A stretch of 64,000 bases of DNA from Mobula hypostoma (lineage: Eukaryota): positions 28,336,001 through 28,400,000 of the forward strand of contig NC_086108.1 in assembly GCF_963921235.1 (NCBI RefSeq). The letters run 5' to 3'. Every line of letters starts with the position of its first letter. The stretch's first letter is position 1. The position numbers were made by a program, and so were the translations under genes. Below the pieces are notes generated by a model. It was not told where the DNA came from. It saw nothing but the letters and a program-made list of their open reading frames with translations, and searched no databases. Positions 50,601 through 62,169 of this stretch are shown one piece after another.

Positions 50601-51836
50601 TTGGTCCACCATTCTGCCTTTAGCTATATAGGTCCCAAGTTCGTGAATTCCCTTCCCATCCTTTACAATATTTCCAAACCCCTCAACTTTTTTAAAATTA
50701 CTTCTGCTCCACCTCTTTAATGCAGGCACACTTGCTCTGATAAATCTTTATATCTTAAAGTCAACTTTGTTTTGTAATTACCCTTGTGAAGAGCTTTGGA
50801 TATTTTATTATATTTAAGTATACAAGGTGTTGCAGTTTCCCAACCTGTATTGTATGTAGTACACACAAGTAATCGAGAGGTTTGTGCTTGCCTTTCATTG
50901 TAATCAATTTAACTCCTATGCCTGTATTTACTCACTATAATTTTATTGTTAACCTTCGACTTGAGCTAAATTTAATCCTATAGCCAGCATGTTGTGAATC
51001 TGTCAGTGCTTAAGATTGCCCAACAAACAGCTAAGTGAACTGCTGAGACGGCACAGTTGCTGTAACCAAACTAGTGCGCATTATGGATTGGAGTAATTCT
51101 TCAAGGAAGCAGCACAGGAAGTGCGCAATTTAAGAATTGGTATTGCTGCAGTTAAATCATGTGAATTCTTGCACAGAGTGGTGCCCAATGTGGAGTTTTA
51201 TGACTGAGATTATGTGCTGTTCTGTCTTCATTGATGTGAGTTATTAATGTTAGGACAATTGGATTCTTTCGCAACACTGACAATACAAAGTCGGTGGACA
51301 GTAACATGAGTTGTTGAACACATGTCAACGTTTAAATGTAATTATTTTAATTTTCTGCTCTGTCTTCTCTGTAATCCAGCCTTTCTTCCACTCTCTTTGT
51401 TTTTTTTTAATATATCCCACACCGGTTTTGAACAAATCAAATCTTAACCTGGTTATCTCAGTCTTCTTACCTCATTGATTAACCTGTTTGTTTTACGTGA
51501 CTACAGTTGTAGCCGTCCCTCTGTCCTTGTCACCCAGTTGTCCACAGGATAAGCAATAAAATGAGCAAAATAGAGACACAAGGGACTGAATATCTGGGAA
51601 CCTGGAGCCATGCACAGGACCCTGAAGAAACTCTATGGGTCAGGCCGATGGGTAGAGATTGGTCTCCAGCAGGTGAAGAGCTTCAACTCGAAACTCAATT
51701 GCCAATCTTCTTCCACAGACACTCTCTGATCCTCCAGCATTGTGTGTGTGTTGCAACATGAGGAACAACATGTTTTAATAAGTTAGTATACATTTGTAAA
51801 TCTTAAAACAGGCCATGTGTAACGTATCGGTACATA

Positions 51837-52383
51837 CACTCAGTGATCACATTGTTAGATACCTGGTAAAATGGCCACCGAGTGTCTGTCTGTGGTCTTC
51901 TGCTGCTGTAGCCCATCCACTTTAAGGTTCAATGTGTTATGTGATCTTCTGCACACCACTGTTGTAACATGTGGTTATTTGATTTGTTGTCACCTTTCTT
52001 TCTCCTGGAACCAGTCTGGCCACACCCCTTTGACCTCTCTCATAAACAAGGCTTTTTTTTGCCCACAAAACTGCCACTCACTGCGTGTTTTGTTTTGTTT
52101 GTTTGTTTTTTGCTCCATTCTCTGTAAATCCCAGGAGATCAGCACTTTCTGCAATGCTCAAACCACCCTGTTTGGCACCAACAATCATGCCATGCTGTAG
52201 GTCATTTTGGCCATATTTCTTCTCCAGTCTGATGTTTGGACTGAACAACAACTGAACCTCTCGACCTTGTCTGCATGCTTTTATACATTGAGTTGCTGCC
52301 ACATGATTGGCTGGCTGATTAGATACAGTATTTGAATTAATAAGCAGGTATATAGGTGTACTTAATAAAGTGGCCACTGAGTC
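51837..52383 (-). mobile_element. Tc1/mariner-derived non-autonomous element, copy 2
   Basis: TA-CACTCAGTGATCAC..GTACTTAATAAAGTGGCCACTGAGTC-TA; the transposase N-terminal remnant GMIVGAKQGGLSIAESADLLGF lies on the minus strand. Confidence 0.82.
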
Positions 52384-53169
52384 TATTTTAAGAAGTGTGT
52401 AATTAGATTTCTGCTTCCATAATTCTTAGCCTTGGATTTGTATAAATTTTGATCATTCCATACACAGAAACCTGATTTTACATATTTGGACATTTTGGCT
52501 AAGTATTGTTAGCAGTGATCTGTACATGTAATATTTTAGTTCTTTATGGTAGTGTGTCACAGTAGATGTACATGTAGCACACTGCTATCTTTCAGGGTGG
52601 CTTTACAGTCATGATGTCACTGCCATGTATTAGAGCGCAGGACAATAGAATGTTATGAAGTATATAAATGTATTCTTTCATTGAGTGTAGTAATTTCTGA
52701 CTGTGTTTCAATATCTTTTGGGGTGCAATGTTTGATGTTCTTACAACATATATGGATATATCTGGGCTCTTCCACTGGCACACAAATGTACAAGTTGGGT
52801 GCAGGAAAAGGGCAGTCGGTCTCTGCAATCTGTATTGTTATTCAGTAAAATAATGGCTGATCTGATTATAATTTCAACTCCACATTTCCATCAGCCCACA
52901 ACAACCTTTCACTAGCTTGCTTAACATCAATCCAACTGTCTTAAAAATTCTTAATGACTCTACTTCCACTGTCCTTTGAGAAAGAGAATTCCAGATGGCT
53001 AAGGTGCACATTGAGAAAAATAATTGGCCTGGTCTCTGTATTATTTTTGTACAGTGACCCAAGTTCTAGATATTCATACAAGAGGAAGCGTCGTCTCCAT
53101 ATTCACTGTATCAAGACCACTCAGCATCTTTCATACCCAATGACCACTGTCACTCTATGTCCAATGCCT

Positions 53170-53530
53170 TATCGTCTCTTTCTTCATTTCTCCCTCCATT
53201 TCGCTTTTTCACACTGCATCACTCATTGCCTCTCCCTTGCCCACTCTTCCTCATCCCTTTTCTCACCCCAGTTTATCTCTCCAATCTCTCCATTTTCTCC
53301 TCCACTTTCATTTCCATCCTCTCATCCTCTATATCTCATCTCTCATAGCTGATTCTCACTCACTTGTTTTCCCTTCTTTCCTTGCTCCTCCTACTTCCTT
53401 CTCTCTGACTCCGCACACCTTTTCCACTTCCAGCCTCCTCACCCCCTCTCCCCTCTCTGCCTCTCATTGCTCTCTTCCATCTCTCTTCCCATTGCCTTTC
53501 CCCTCTCCTTGCTTCTCCCTACTCTCTCGA
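53170..53530 (+). repeat. Polypyrimidine/polypurine low-complexity tract
   Basis: About 360 bp dominated by C and T on the + strand. Confidence 0.85.
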
Positions 53531-53929
53531 GTTTATCTCATCAGCTCGACCCATTTGGCTAACAACACCCGGAGTGATTAGAAAAACAGGAGCATTCGAA
53601 ACTGAACAGGAATTGACCTGCCCAGTCTTTCAGCGGCTCCTTTTTCTGGGCTCTTCACTTCTTGCTCATCCAAAAATAACTTTTCTTGAGTAAACTTAAC
53701 AGTGTGATTTAACTGTACTGCTTTTTAAATGGGTTGTATATTCATCAGTGAAGGAAAACAGTTATATGCACAAGAAACAAGAATGACAGATTGCTGAGAC
53801 CTGAGGCTATTTGATCAGTGGTAATCACAAAGATAGCTCGAGTCCATTGAGGAATATGAGCACAATTACAATTTTTATTTTATTGTTTGAGGTTACTAAG
53901 ACAATTCATTTTGCACTGGACCACTCAAA

Positions 53930-54715
53930 AATAAAGTCAAAGCCCTTTCCAGGCAATATCTTTGTAAATCTCATCCACACGAAATCTAATTCCACATCCT
54001 TACAACAAAGAGATGTCCAGAACTGAACTGCAACATTACCTTGTGGCTCTTGAACTCAGCTTCACGATTAGTGAAGACCAACACAACACGTGTCTCCTTA
54101 ACCACCTGATCAACTTGCATGGTAACTTTGAGGAATCTATGGACTTGGACCCCAAGATCCCTCTGTTCCTCTACACGGCAAAGAGTCCTGCTATTAACCC
54201 TGTATTACACATCCAAGTTCAATCTTCCAAAGAATATCACTTCACACTTTTCCGTATTGAACTTCATCGAACACTTCTCAGCCCAGCTCAACATCCTATC
54301 AATATCTTGTTGTAAACTACGCAACCTTTTACTGTATTCACACTATCAAACTTTCTATCATCGACCAACTTTCTAACCCACCCTTCTACTTCCTCATCCA
54401 AGTAATGTATAAAAATTACAAAGAGCAGAGGTCCCAGAATAGAACGCTGCTGAACACCGCTAGTTACAGAACTCCAGCCAGAATATGCTCCATCTACTAC
54501 CCACCTCTGCCTTCTGTAGGCAAGCCAATTCCAAATCTTGCGCAGTCAGCTTTCCATGGATCCTATGCATCATAACTTTCTGGATGAGCTTACCATGGGA
54601 AACATTGTCAAAATCCATATGCACCACAATCACCAGTCTACCCTCATCGATTTGTTTTGTCAACGCTTTGAAAAATTCAATCATGCTCATGAGGGAAGAC
54701 ATGCTCCTCAGAAAA
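53930..54715 (-). mobile_element. CR1 LINE internal fragment
   Basis: IEFFKALTKQIDEGR..VVHMDFDNVSHGKLIQKV on the minus strand, collinear with the other CR1 copies. Confidence 0.8.
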
Positions 54716-54717
54716 CT

Positions 54718-54856
54718 ACAAACAAGAGAAAACCTGCAAATACTGGAAATCCGAGCAACTCTCACAAAATGCCGGAGGAACTCAGCAGGCCAGGCAGTAT
54801 CTATGGAAAAAAGTACAGTTGACGTTTTGGGCCAAAACCCTTCAGCAGGACTGGAC
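54718..54856 (-). mobile_element. Penelope-type terminal repeat copy spanning the whole hammerhead-like segment
   Basis: The minus strand reads CCAGTC-CTGCTGA-AGGGTTTTGGCCC-AAAACGTC-AACTG followed by the shared tail. Confidence 0.75.
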
Positions 54857-55089
54857 CCTTCCAATGCAGGAGTTGGAATGTGGGGCAAGTGGGTTGACAG
54901 TGAGGTGAGGGGGGTGGTTTCCATCTATAGTTTAAACAGGACTTCTGAGTGTTCCCACTGCCGCAAGAGTATTCGATGTTACATGTTATAGTGTAGTAAC
55001 ACATGGAGGAGTGTTGAATATTCCATGGCATGGTGTATTGCTATAATGTAGAGATACTGAATTCTCAATTCCATATTCTCCACTTTTAG

Positions 55090-55166
55090 CAGGGATATTC
55101 AGTATTACTTCATGGTCAGGGATATACTGTATTACTTCATGGTCAGGAATATACAATATTACTTCA
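55090..55166 (+). repeat. 27-bp tandem repeat, ~2.9 copies (CAGGGATATACTGTATTACTTCATGGT)
   Basis: Read directly from the sequence. Confidence 0.85.
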
Positions 55167-56411
55167 GCCCAAGGAACGCACATTGAGTACTGTGTCATGA
55201 GTGCCTGATGCTCCTATACTGCATTTATATACCCTCATGGAATGGTCAAAGGCTATTATGTACTAATTTACAGTGCTATGGAATATTTATAGTATGTTCA
55301 TCTATTGTGACATGGCATTCAATGTTCCTATAATACATTAAGATAGATTGGCATGGGATGCATGATATCCCTTTAGTACATTAATAATCTTTGTCATGGA
55401 AGGGTTGGGGTCCCTATGGTGTAATGCATCGTGGATCAGTCAATATTTTGATAGTACATTAAAGCACCATGACATTGAGTATTCAATATCCCAAGTGTAC
55501 TGTGCACTATTCTAAACAATATGCTGTGCCATGGGATCTGAGCTGCCCTCATATTTCTCGTTCAGAAATAGGGAAATATTGTTGCAATTTTACAGGGTAT
55601 TGATGAGACACAGTCTTGGTCTCCTTATTTAAGAAGGGATGCACTGACATTGGAGGCAGTCCGAAAGAGATTCACTGGGATAATTTCTGGGGTGGGAGGG
55701 CTGCCTTATCTCTAAAGAAGTCTGAGTTGCATTATTTGGAATTTAGAAGAATGGGTGATAATCTTATTGAAATATATAAGATCTTTCGGGGGGAAAGACA
55801 GAGTTTGTGCAGAATCGTTTCCTCTAATGGAAGGATCTCGTGAGGCAACATACAATGAAGTTTAGGGGACAATCACTTAAGACTGAGCTCTGTAGGGACT
55901 TCTTCGTGCAGAGTGGTGAATCTCTGAGAGTCCTTGTACGGCACAGTGGCATTGCTAGTACAGCCATCGCCTCACAGCGGCGGAAACCCAGGTTCAACCA
56001 TGACATCAAGTGTTTGTGTGGTATTTGGGGGTTAATGTTGATGACGAGTAAGTTCAGGGTGGGAAGAGCTAGATCTGAAAAGTTGATCATGTTGGGGTAA
56101 CAAAGGCAACATGTGCTTTGGGTTGACGGGCAAGGACTGATGAGGGAGTTGTGCTGTGGGTGTTGGTAGGGGTTGTATGAAGGAAATCACCAAGCAAGAA
56201 CAGTTAAAGAAAGAGCTAATATGAGGCACATTAGCAACTCTCCAGGTCGCGACAGCTCTTTACTGCTAGAGTGGGATTTCACCAACTGACTGAAGCCTCC
56301 TCCAGTATTCGTATCTGACAGCTGAGTACTGGGCACCATTCTGGTGTTATGGTACTGACCCAGAAGACTGCCGTGCATACAGTTCTGTAGATCAAACATT
56401 CAGTTGCAGTG

Positions 56412-56672
56412 TGGCACAATGGCATAGTGGTTAGCATAATGCTTTACAGTATCAGCGTTTAATTCACACGACTGCCTGTAAGGAGATTGTACGTTCTCCC
56501 CATGACTGCATGGGCTTCCTATGGGTGCTCTGGTTTCCTCCCACAGACCAAAGATGTAACAGTTGGTAGATTAATTGGTCATTGTAAGTTGTCCCGTGGT
56601 TAGGGTAGGGTTAAATCAGGGGTTGCTGGACGGGCCTATTCCGTGCTGTATCTCAATAGAAAAATAAAATAA
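56412..56672 (+). mobile_element. tRNA-derived SINE (HE1/V-SINE-like)
   Basis: A-box head TGGCATAGTGGTTAGC, core GGGTGCTCTGGTTTCCTCCCACA..CCAAAGATGT, LINE-like tail GGGCCTATTCCGTGCTGTATCTCAATA and an A-rich end. Confidence 0.85.
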
Positions 56673-59600
56673 TGCACTTAATCTTCTTTAGTGATCATCT
56701 TTTTGATTAAATTCTTTCTCGTCGTGCATAAATGAGTTATACCATAGAATTTCTAGACTATTATTTCACAGAAGTGTACCTATGATCCATTAACGAACTG
56801 TGTCATCCCTTGGTCTGTGTCCATATTGAAGTCCTTGAAGTACTCTGGATTTCTATATCACTTTAGCAAACCAGCATAGAGCGTTCTAGACTCTTACTGG
56901 ACATCTATCAGGAAGCTCATCATGGGTGTCATAAAATGCCGTGCTCAGCATCTCAAAAGTATTTGAATATACTGCTGCAAGGATTGCTTATGAATTCCAT
57001 TGTATGTTAAGATACTCTGCATGTAAAGTGTTAGTAAAATGTCACAGAATATTCCACATAACAATCATTTAGAAGCATGTCACCAGATGGTGTTTGTGTG
57101 GTCTTCCAGAAGGCACTTAATAATTGCCCTCATAAGAGAGTTCCAGATAAAATTCACAGAATAAAGGTAATTTATTAATCTGGTTACAAAACAGGCTGAG
57201 TAAGAGACAGAGAAGGGATAATGGGCATGTAGCTAAGTTGGTCATGTGTGACTAATGGTATCCTACAAGGCAGTGTTGGGGCTGTAAATATCAATTATAC
57301 TTATAAATGAATTAGATGGTGCAATGGAAAGTCACATATCCAAGTGACCAAAAGACAGGTGACATTGTGACTACTGTAATTAGAATTTTAACATTACAGA
57401 GATATCAATAGATTGAGTAAATGGATAAAACTAAATTATTAAATTATTAGTGTGATTTGAATGGAGATTAAGTAGAACTAATGCAGTTGGATGAGGACAT
57501 CGATTTCTGTGATCAAGGGGTCTTTGACAAATGTGTAAATATTAATAATTAGTGCAAAGTCTTTCTTAAATGAAATTAGAAAACATTTGCACATCAAAGT
57601 TGCCATAGAAGTTTGGAATTCTCTTCCACAAACAAATATTAATGCAATTTCAATCAGTAATTTTAAAATCTTAGACAGATAAATTTTATTAATCAAAATA
57701 AATAAGAGGATATGGGCCCAAGTTGAGTTAGGTGTGAGATCATTCAAATTGCACTGGATGGTTGAACAGGTTTGAGGAACAAAATGCTGCAGCTTCCATG
57801 CTCTATTGTTTCTAGTACGTTATAAAATGTTGTGCTGAATGACCCAATAGGCCAGAAAATACACTGTCATTAAGTAATCTTTGCTTAGATAGTACGTTAG
57901 TATTCTTTGCTGTTGAATATCCAATGTCAATGTGGTATATTAATATATTGTGCAATGAAACACTCATTTTCCCTATTGAATGCTAATTTATATGCCAAAG
58001 AGTGCTTTATGTCCCTGTTGGATATTAATATTTAGTGCAATGTACCCTTGAATCACAATTAATACACAGTGTATTAGAATATTCAAGGTTCATATATTAC
58101 ATCAAAATACCATATCATGGAGCAATCAGCATTCCTATAATGCATAAATATATTGTGGCATAATGTGTCCTGCATACTGTTATACATACTATTCAGTGTC
58201 CTGGTAGTACATTATTGTGGCATGTGATGTTAATTTTAGTACTGTGTTTGTTTTATATTCCTATTTTATGTTAATTTGCCCTACTATGGAAAGTTAATGT
58301 ACATCAAAGAATAATGAAGGTCATGAGGTGCACATCTTCCTTATGCTTCATAATAGAAACATAGAAACATAGAAATGACCCAGCTCACAGAATGCTGAAT
58401 GCTGTACCACAGTCAATGTCCTGGCAATGCATTATGCCATTGTGACTTGGTGCGCTCGATTCACTGCAGTTGCATGCTGCATAATTGTGTTCTCAATAAG
58501 TGACTGTGTCAAAGGCTGCTCAGTGAGCCTAGAGTCTATACTCTAGAAGATGACAACGAACTTCCAGTTCAGATCATGTCAGGGAGCAATTAATGTCCTA
58601 ATGGTATATTTAATGATTGTGTACTATGTCAATTTACCCTTCTGTGGAATACTTGGTGCACATGTCAGATCACAATATATTATGATCTCCCAACAGTGCA
58701 ATCGTATACTGTGATATGCAAATTCAATATCCATATAGTATGGTAATGCACCGTTCCATGGAATGCCCATCATTTTCAGTGCATTTTATTATTTCCTCTG
58801 TACATTACTTATGATTCCTGTACTTTATAAATATACAGCACACATGAATTCACGTTGAACACCAATATATTGTGATTTTCTGTGGTTCTAGCCTTGTCAC
58901 GCTTGCACCAGAGTTGGAAGATCACTGTGTTTTGGAGGTGCAGGCTGCAGATGGTTGTGAAACTGGGCTCTGATGCAGCATTTGATATCTCTATTGTGCA
59001 TTAATGTAGTGTGCCAATAAAATGTCTGTGTTCCTTTTTAAGGGACATGGCCATTGCCAGGAAGACATGCATTTATTGCTCGTCAATACTTGCCTTTGAG
59101 AAGGTGGTACTGAGTCATCTTCTTGATGGGTAGTGCAGTTAATATAGTGCAACATGAAGTATGCTACAGTATATCTCTATAGTACACTGATATACCATAC
59201 ATAGATGCATCCCAATGCTGGGTAATACTATGTAATAGAGTGATCCACATCCTTATTCTGCATTACAAAACACTACCCATAGAATAAGCAATGTATTGCT
59301 TGGCACATTAATATCTTATATCACGGAACTTAACTCTTCCTGAAAGTTCATTAGTATATTGATTCATAGAGCATTTAATATTCATATAGTACACTAATAT
59401 TTGTGCCATTTAGGTTACATATTTTAATAAACTCTAGAAATACTCAATACACAGAAGACACAACTTAAATTATATAAAATACCACAGCAGTAATTTGAGC
59501 TAAGAAGTCCCAATATCTATAACCCCAAAACCTGGAGTTTTGGAAGGCTCAGCTTCTTTCTGGAACATTAACATTTTCTGGATCATAGAAGGCTTGTATT

Positions 59601-60139
59601 TTCTAAAGTACATTAACACTAAGTAATATGAAATTATGCCCAAATTGTACTCTATAATCTTTGGCATTCGTATTGAATTATAATACCTTGCGCAGTGGAA
59701 TACCCAATCACCTTTAGGTATATTAATATCCTCTGTGATAGAATGTTCAGTCTGTATATGCTGTCACAGAATGCATAATGTCCTTGTAAGTACATTGCTG
59801 TACTGTGACGGAGAGTTTGATATCCCTATAATCCTTCACTGTACCTCAACACTAAGTAATCGATGTTCCAGTAGTATATTAATATATTTTTGTCATGGAA
59901 TGACCAATGTTCCAAAAGTCATGCGGTGCCCGATGTTCATATTGTACACAAATATATTGGGACATGAAGGCTATATACTTATTTATTCAGGTACAGCCTG
60001 AACTAGGCCCTCCCAGCCCTTTCAGACATAGTGCCCAACAACCCCTGACTGAACCCTAGCCTAATCACAGGACAATTTACAGTGACCAATGAATCTACCA
60101 AATGGTACATCTTTGGAATGCAGGGGGAATCCGGATCCC

Positions 60140-60335
60140 CAGTAGTGTCATTGTGGTCTTGCAGCTTATTGTATGCCTGCACTTTCTCTGTAACTGCAAC
60201 ACTATTCTGCATTTGATTATTGCTTTTCCCTTATACTACCTCAATACACTGATGTGATTGAAGCAATCTTTATGGATACCATGCAAGACAGTTTTTCACT
60301 GCACCTCAGTACACGTGACAATAATAAACCAGTTT
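60140..60335 (+). mobile_element. Rex1-type LINE 3' UTR fragment
   Basis: GTTTTTCACTGCACCTCAGTACACGTGACAATAATAAAC tail. A similar tail of another subfamily lies at ~61190-61435. Confidence 0.5.
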
Positions 60336-60761
60336 ACATTGGTTAAGATTAAGACTATATATTTTTGTTTTAAAACAACAATTTGCACTTGGAAATACAG
60401 GCCAATTTTCACATTTACTGATGGTTATAGACTTCAAGGAGATATAACCATGCTGGTGGGAATGAGCAGATCTATGATGAATGAAAATTTATTTGAAAAA
60501 TGATAAGAAACAATATGCAAGAGGGGATAATTCTTAATAAAGGGGTTTAAAACTAAAGAGGCCCAGGATCACAGGAAGCAGTGGAGTAGGCTAACAAAGT
60601 GTTTAGCACATGAGTCCTTGGGCTTTGGAAAAAGGTTTAGGCCACAAGAGCACAGTAAGCAGATCTACTGCCTTAGCACCTAAGATTTTGGGTTTAGTAC
60701 CAACCTCAGGTGTGGTGTTTGCTTGCTCTGTCATGTACAGGTCAACTCCAGGTAATCCAGC

Positions 60762-61020
60762 TTTTTATTTCTTTATTGAGATACAGTGCAGAATAAGCCC
60801 TTCCAGCCATGCTGCCCAGTAGCCCGAGCGGAATAATGGGATAATTTACAATGACCAATTAACCCACCAACCGGTACGTCTTAGGACTGGGGGAGGAAAC
60901 CAGAGCACCTGGAGGAAACTCACGCAGTCATGGGGAGAAGGTACAAATTCCTTGCAGACAGGGGCGGGTATTGAACTGGGGTCGCTGGTACTGTGATGTG
61001 TTGTGCTAAGCACTACACTT
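60762..61020 (-). mobile_element. tRNA-derived SINE (HE1/V-SINE-like)
   Basis: Reverse-complement homologue of 56412-56672. More decayed copies lie at ~34480-34600, 60005-60140 and 61720-62020. Confidence 0.85.
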
Positions 61021-62169
61021 TTAACAAGACCTGGGCATTGCCAGGAAGACAGACATTCATTGATCATCAATATTTGCCTTTGAGAAGGCGGTATTGAGTT
61101 GAGTCGCCTTCTTGAACCAATATTTCTATACTAATTCAGTTAATAGAGTGCAAAATGAAGTATTCTATATCCTTATAGTACACTCCCCACCAACACTACC
61201 TTACCATTTCCTGTAAGAGTCAGCTTATGTACAAATACTGCTGTACCTAGTGTCACTTTATGTACATATAATCAGTCAATGTATTTAAGATAACCTTATG
61301 TATTTAGGTCTACTGTGTTTTTATTGTATTCTTTATGCTTATTGTGTTTTCTATGCTGCATCAGATTTGGAGTCTTGTTCTCCTTTACACTTGTATACTG
61401 ATGACTGACAATGAACAAACTTGAATCCTGAATCCAGAGCAACTATGGAAAATATCAGCCAAATACAGAATTGCATTAACAGCCAGAGGAAATGAATGAG
61501 CAAATAACCTATAAAATAACCAATAAAACTTCTTGAAATAATCCTGCTGGAAGGTCCAGAAATTTGGGTAGTGTTTGCTGGAGTAAAGTGGTAGCAGAAG
61601 TATTAAGTTAGTTTTGCATTCGCAGTGACATCATAACCTATATGTTCAGCAGTTTACAGCCTTCACCAAAACAGCAACTGGATCAATTCTCATATTTCTT
61701 GTATTTTCCTTACATCAAAGAAGTTATTCATCCCATCAAGTCTATGCTACTTTTCAAAACATTCACCTATGTCCTATTTCCCCCATTTATTCCCTGTAAC
61801 TTATTCTATCTTACATGTTCATCAACTCCCCATTATCCTATCACACACATGTACTATGGTCAATTAACTTAAGGGTACATGTCTGGGATGTGGGATGAAA
61901 TCAGAGAATGTGGGAAAAAACGTGGTCACGGGGAGGAGATGCAAACACCGCACACTCTGCATCCGAGGTCAGTACTGAACCGGTGAGTGGGTACTGTTGC
62001 CTGATGCACCACAGTGTGACTCAGCTGTACTTTGATATCATCCTGAGCTGACTCCAATCGTGAACTGCAGAGTATTTTGGATCCCAAACAACAATGACAC
62101 TAGCCAAGGTACAACACAACTAAGCCCAGCTGCATACCCACTCTGTCCTGGAGTGGCTTGTGGAGTATT

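Noticed and set aside
56412..56480. tRNA gene
   Set aside because: It is the decayed tRNA-derived head of a SINE, with no complete cloverleaf.
58353..58375. (ATAGAAAC)x3 as a regulatory repeat
   Set aside because: It matches the CR1 3' terminal microsatellite and is most likely an extremely truncated insertion.
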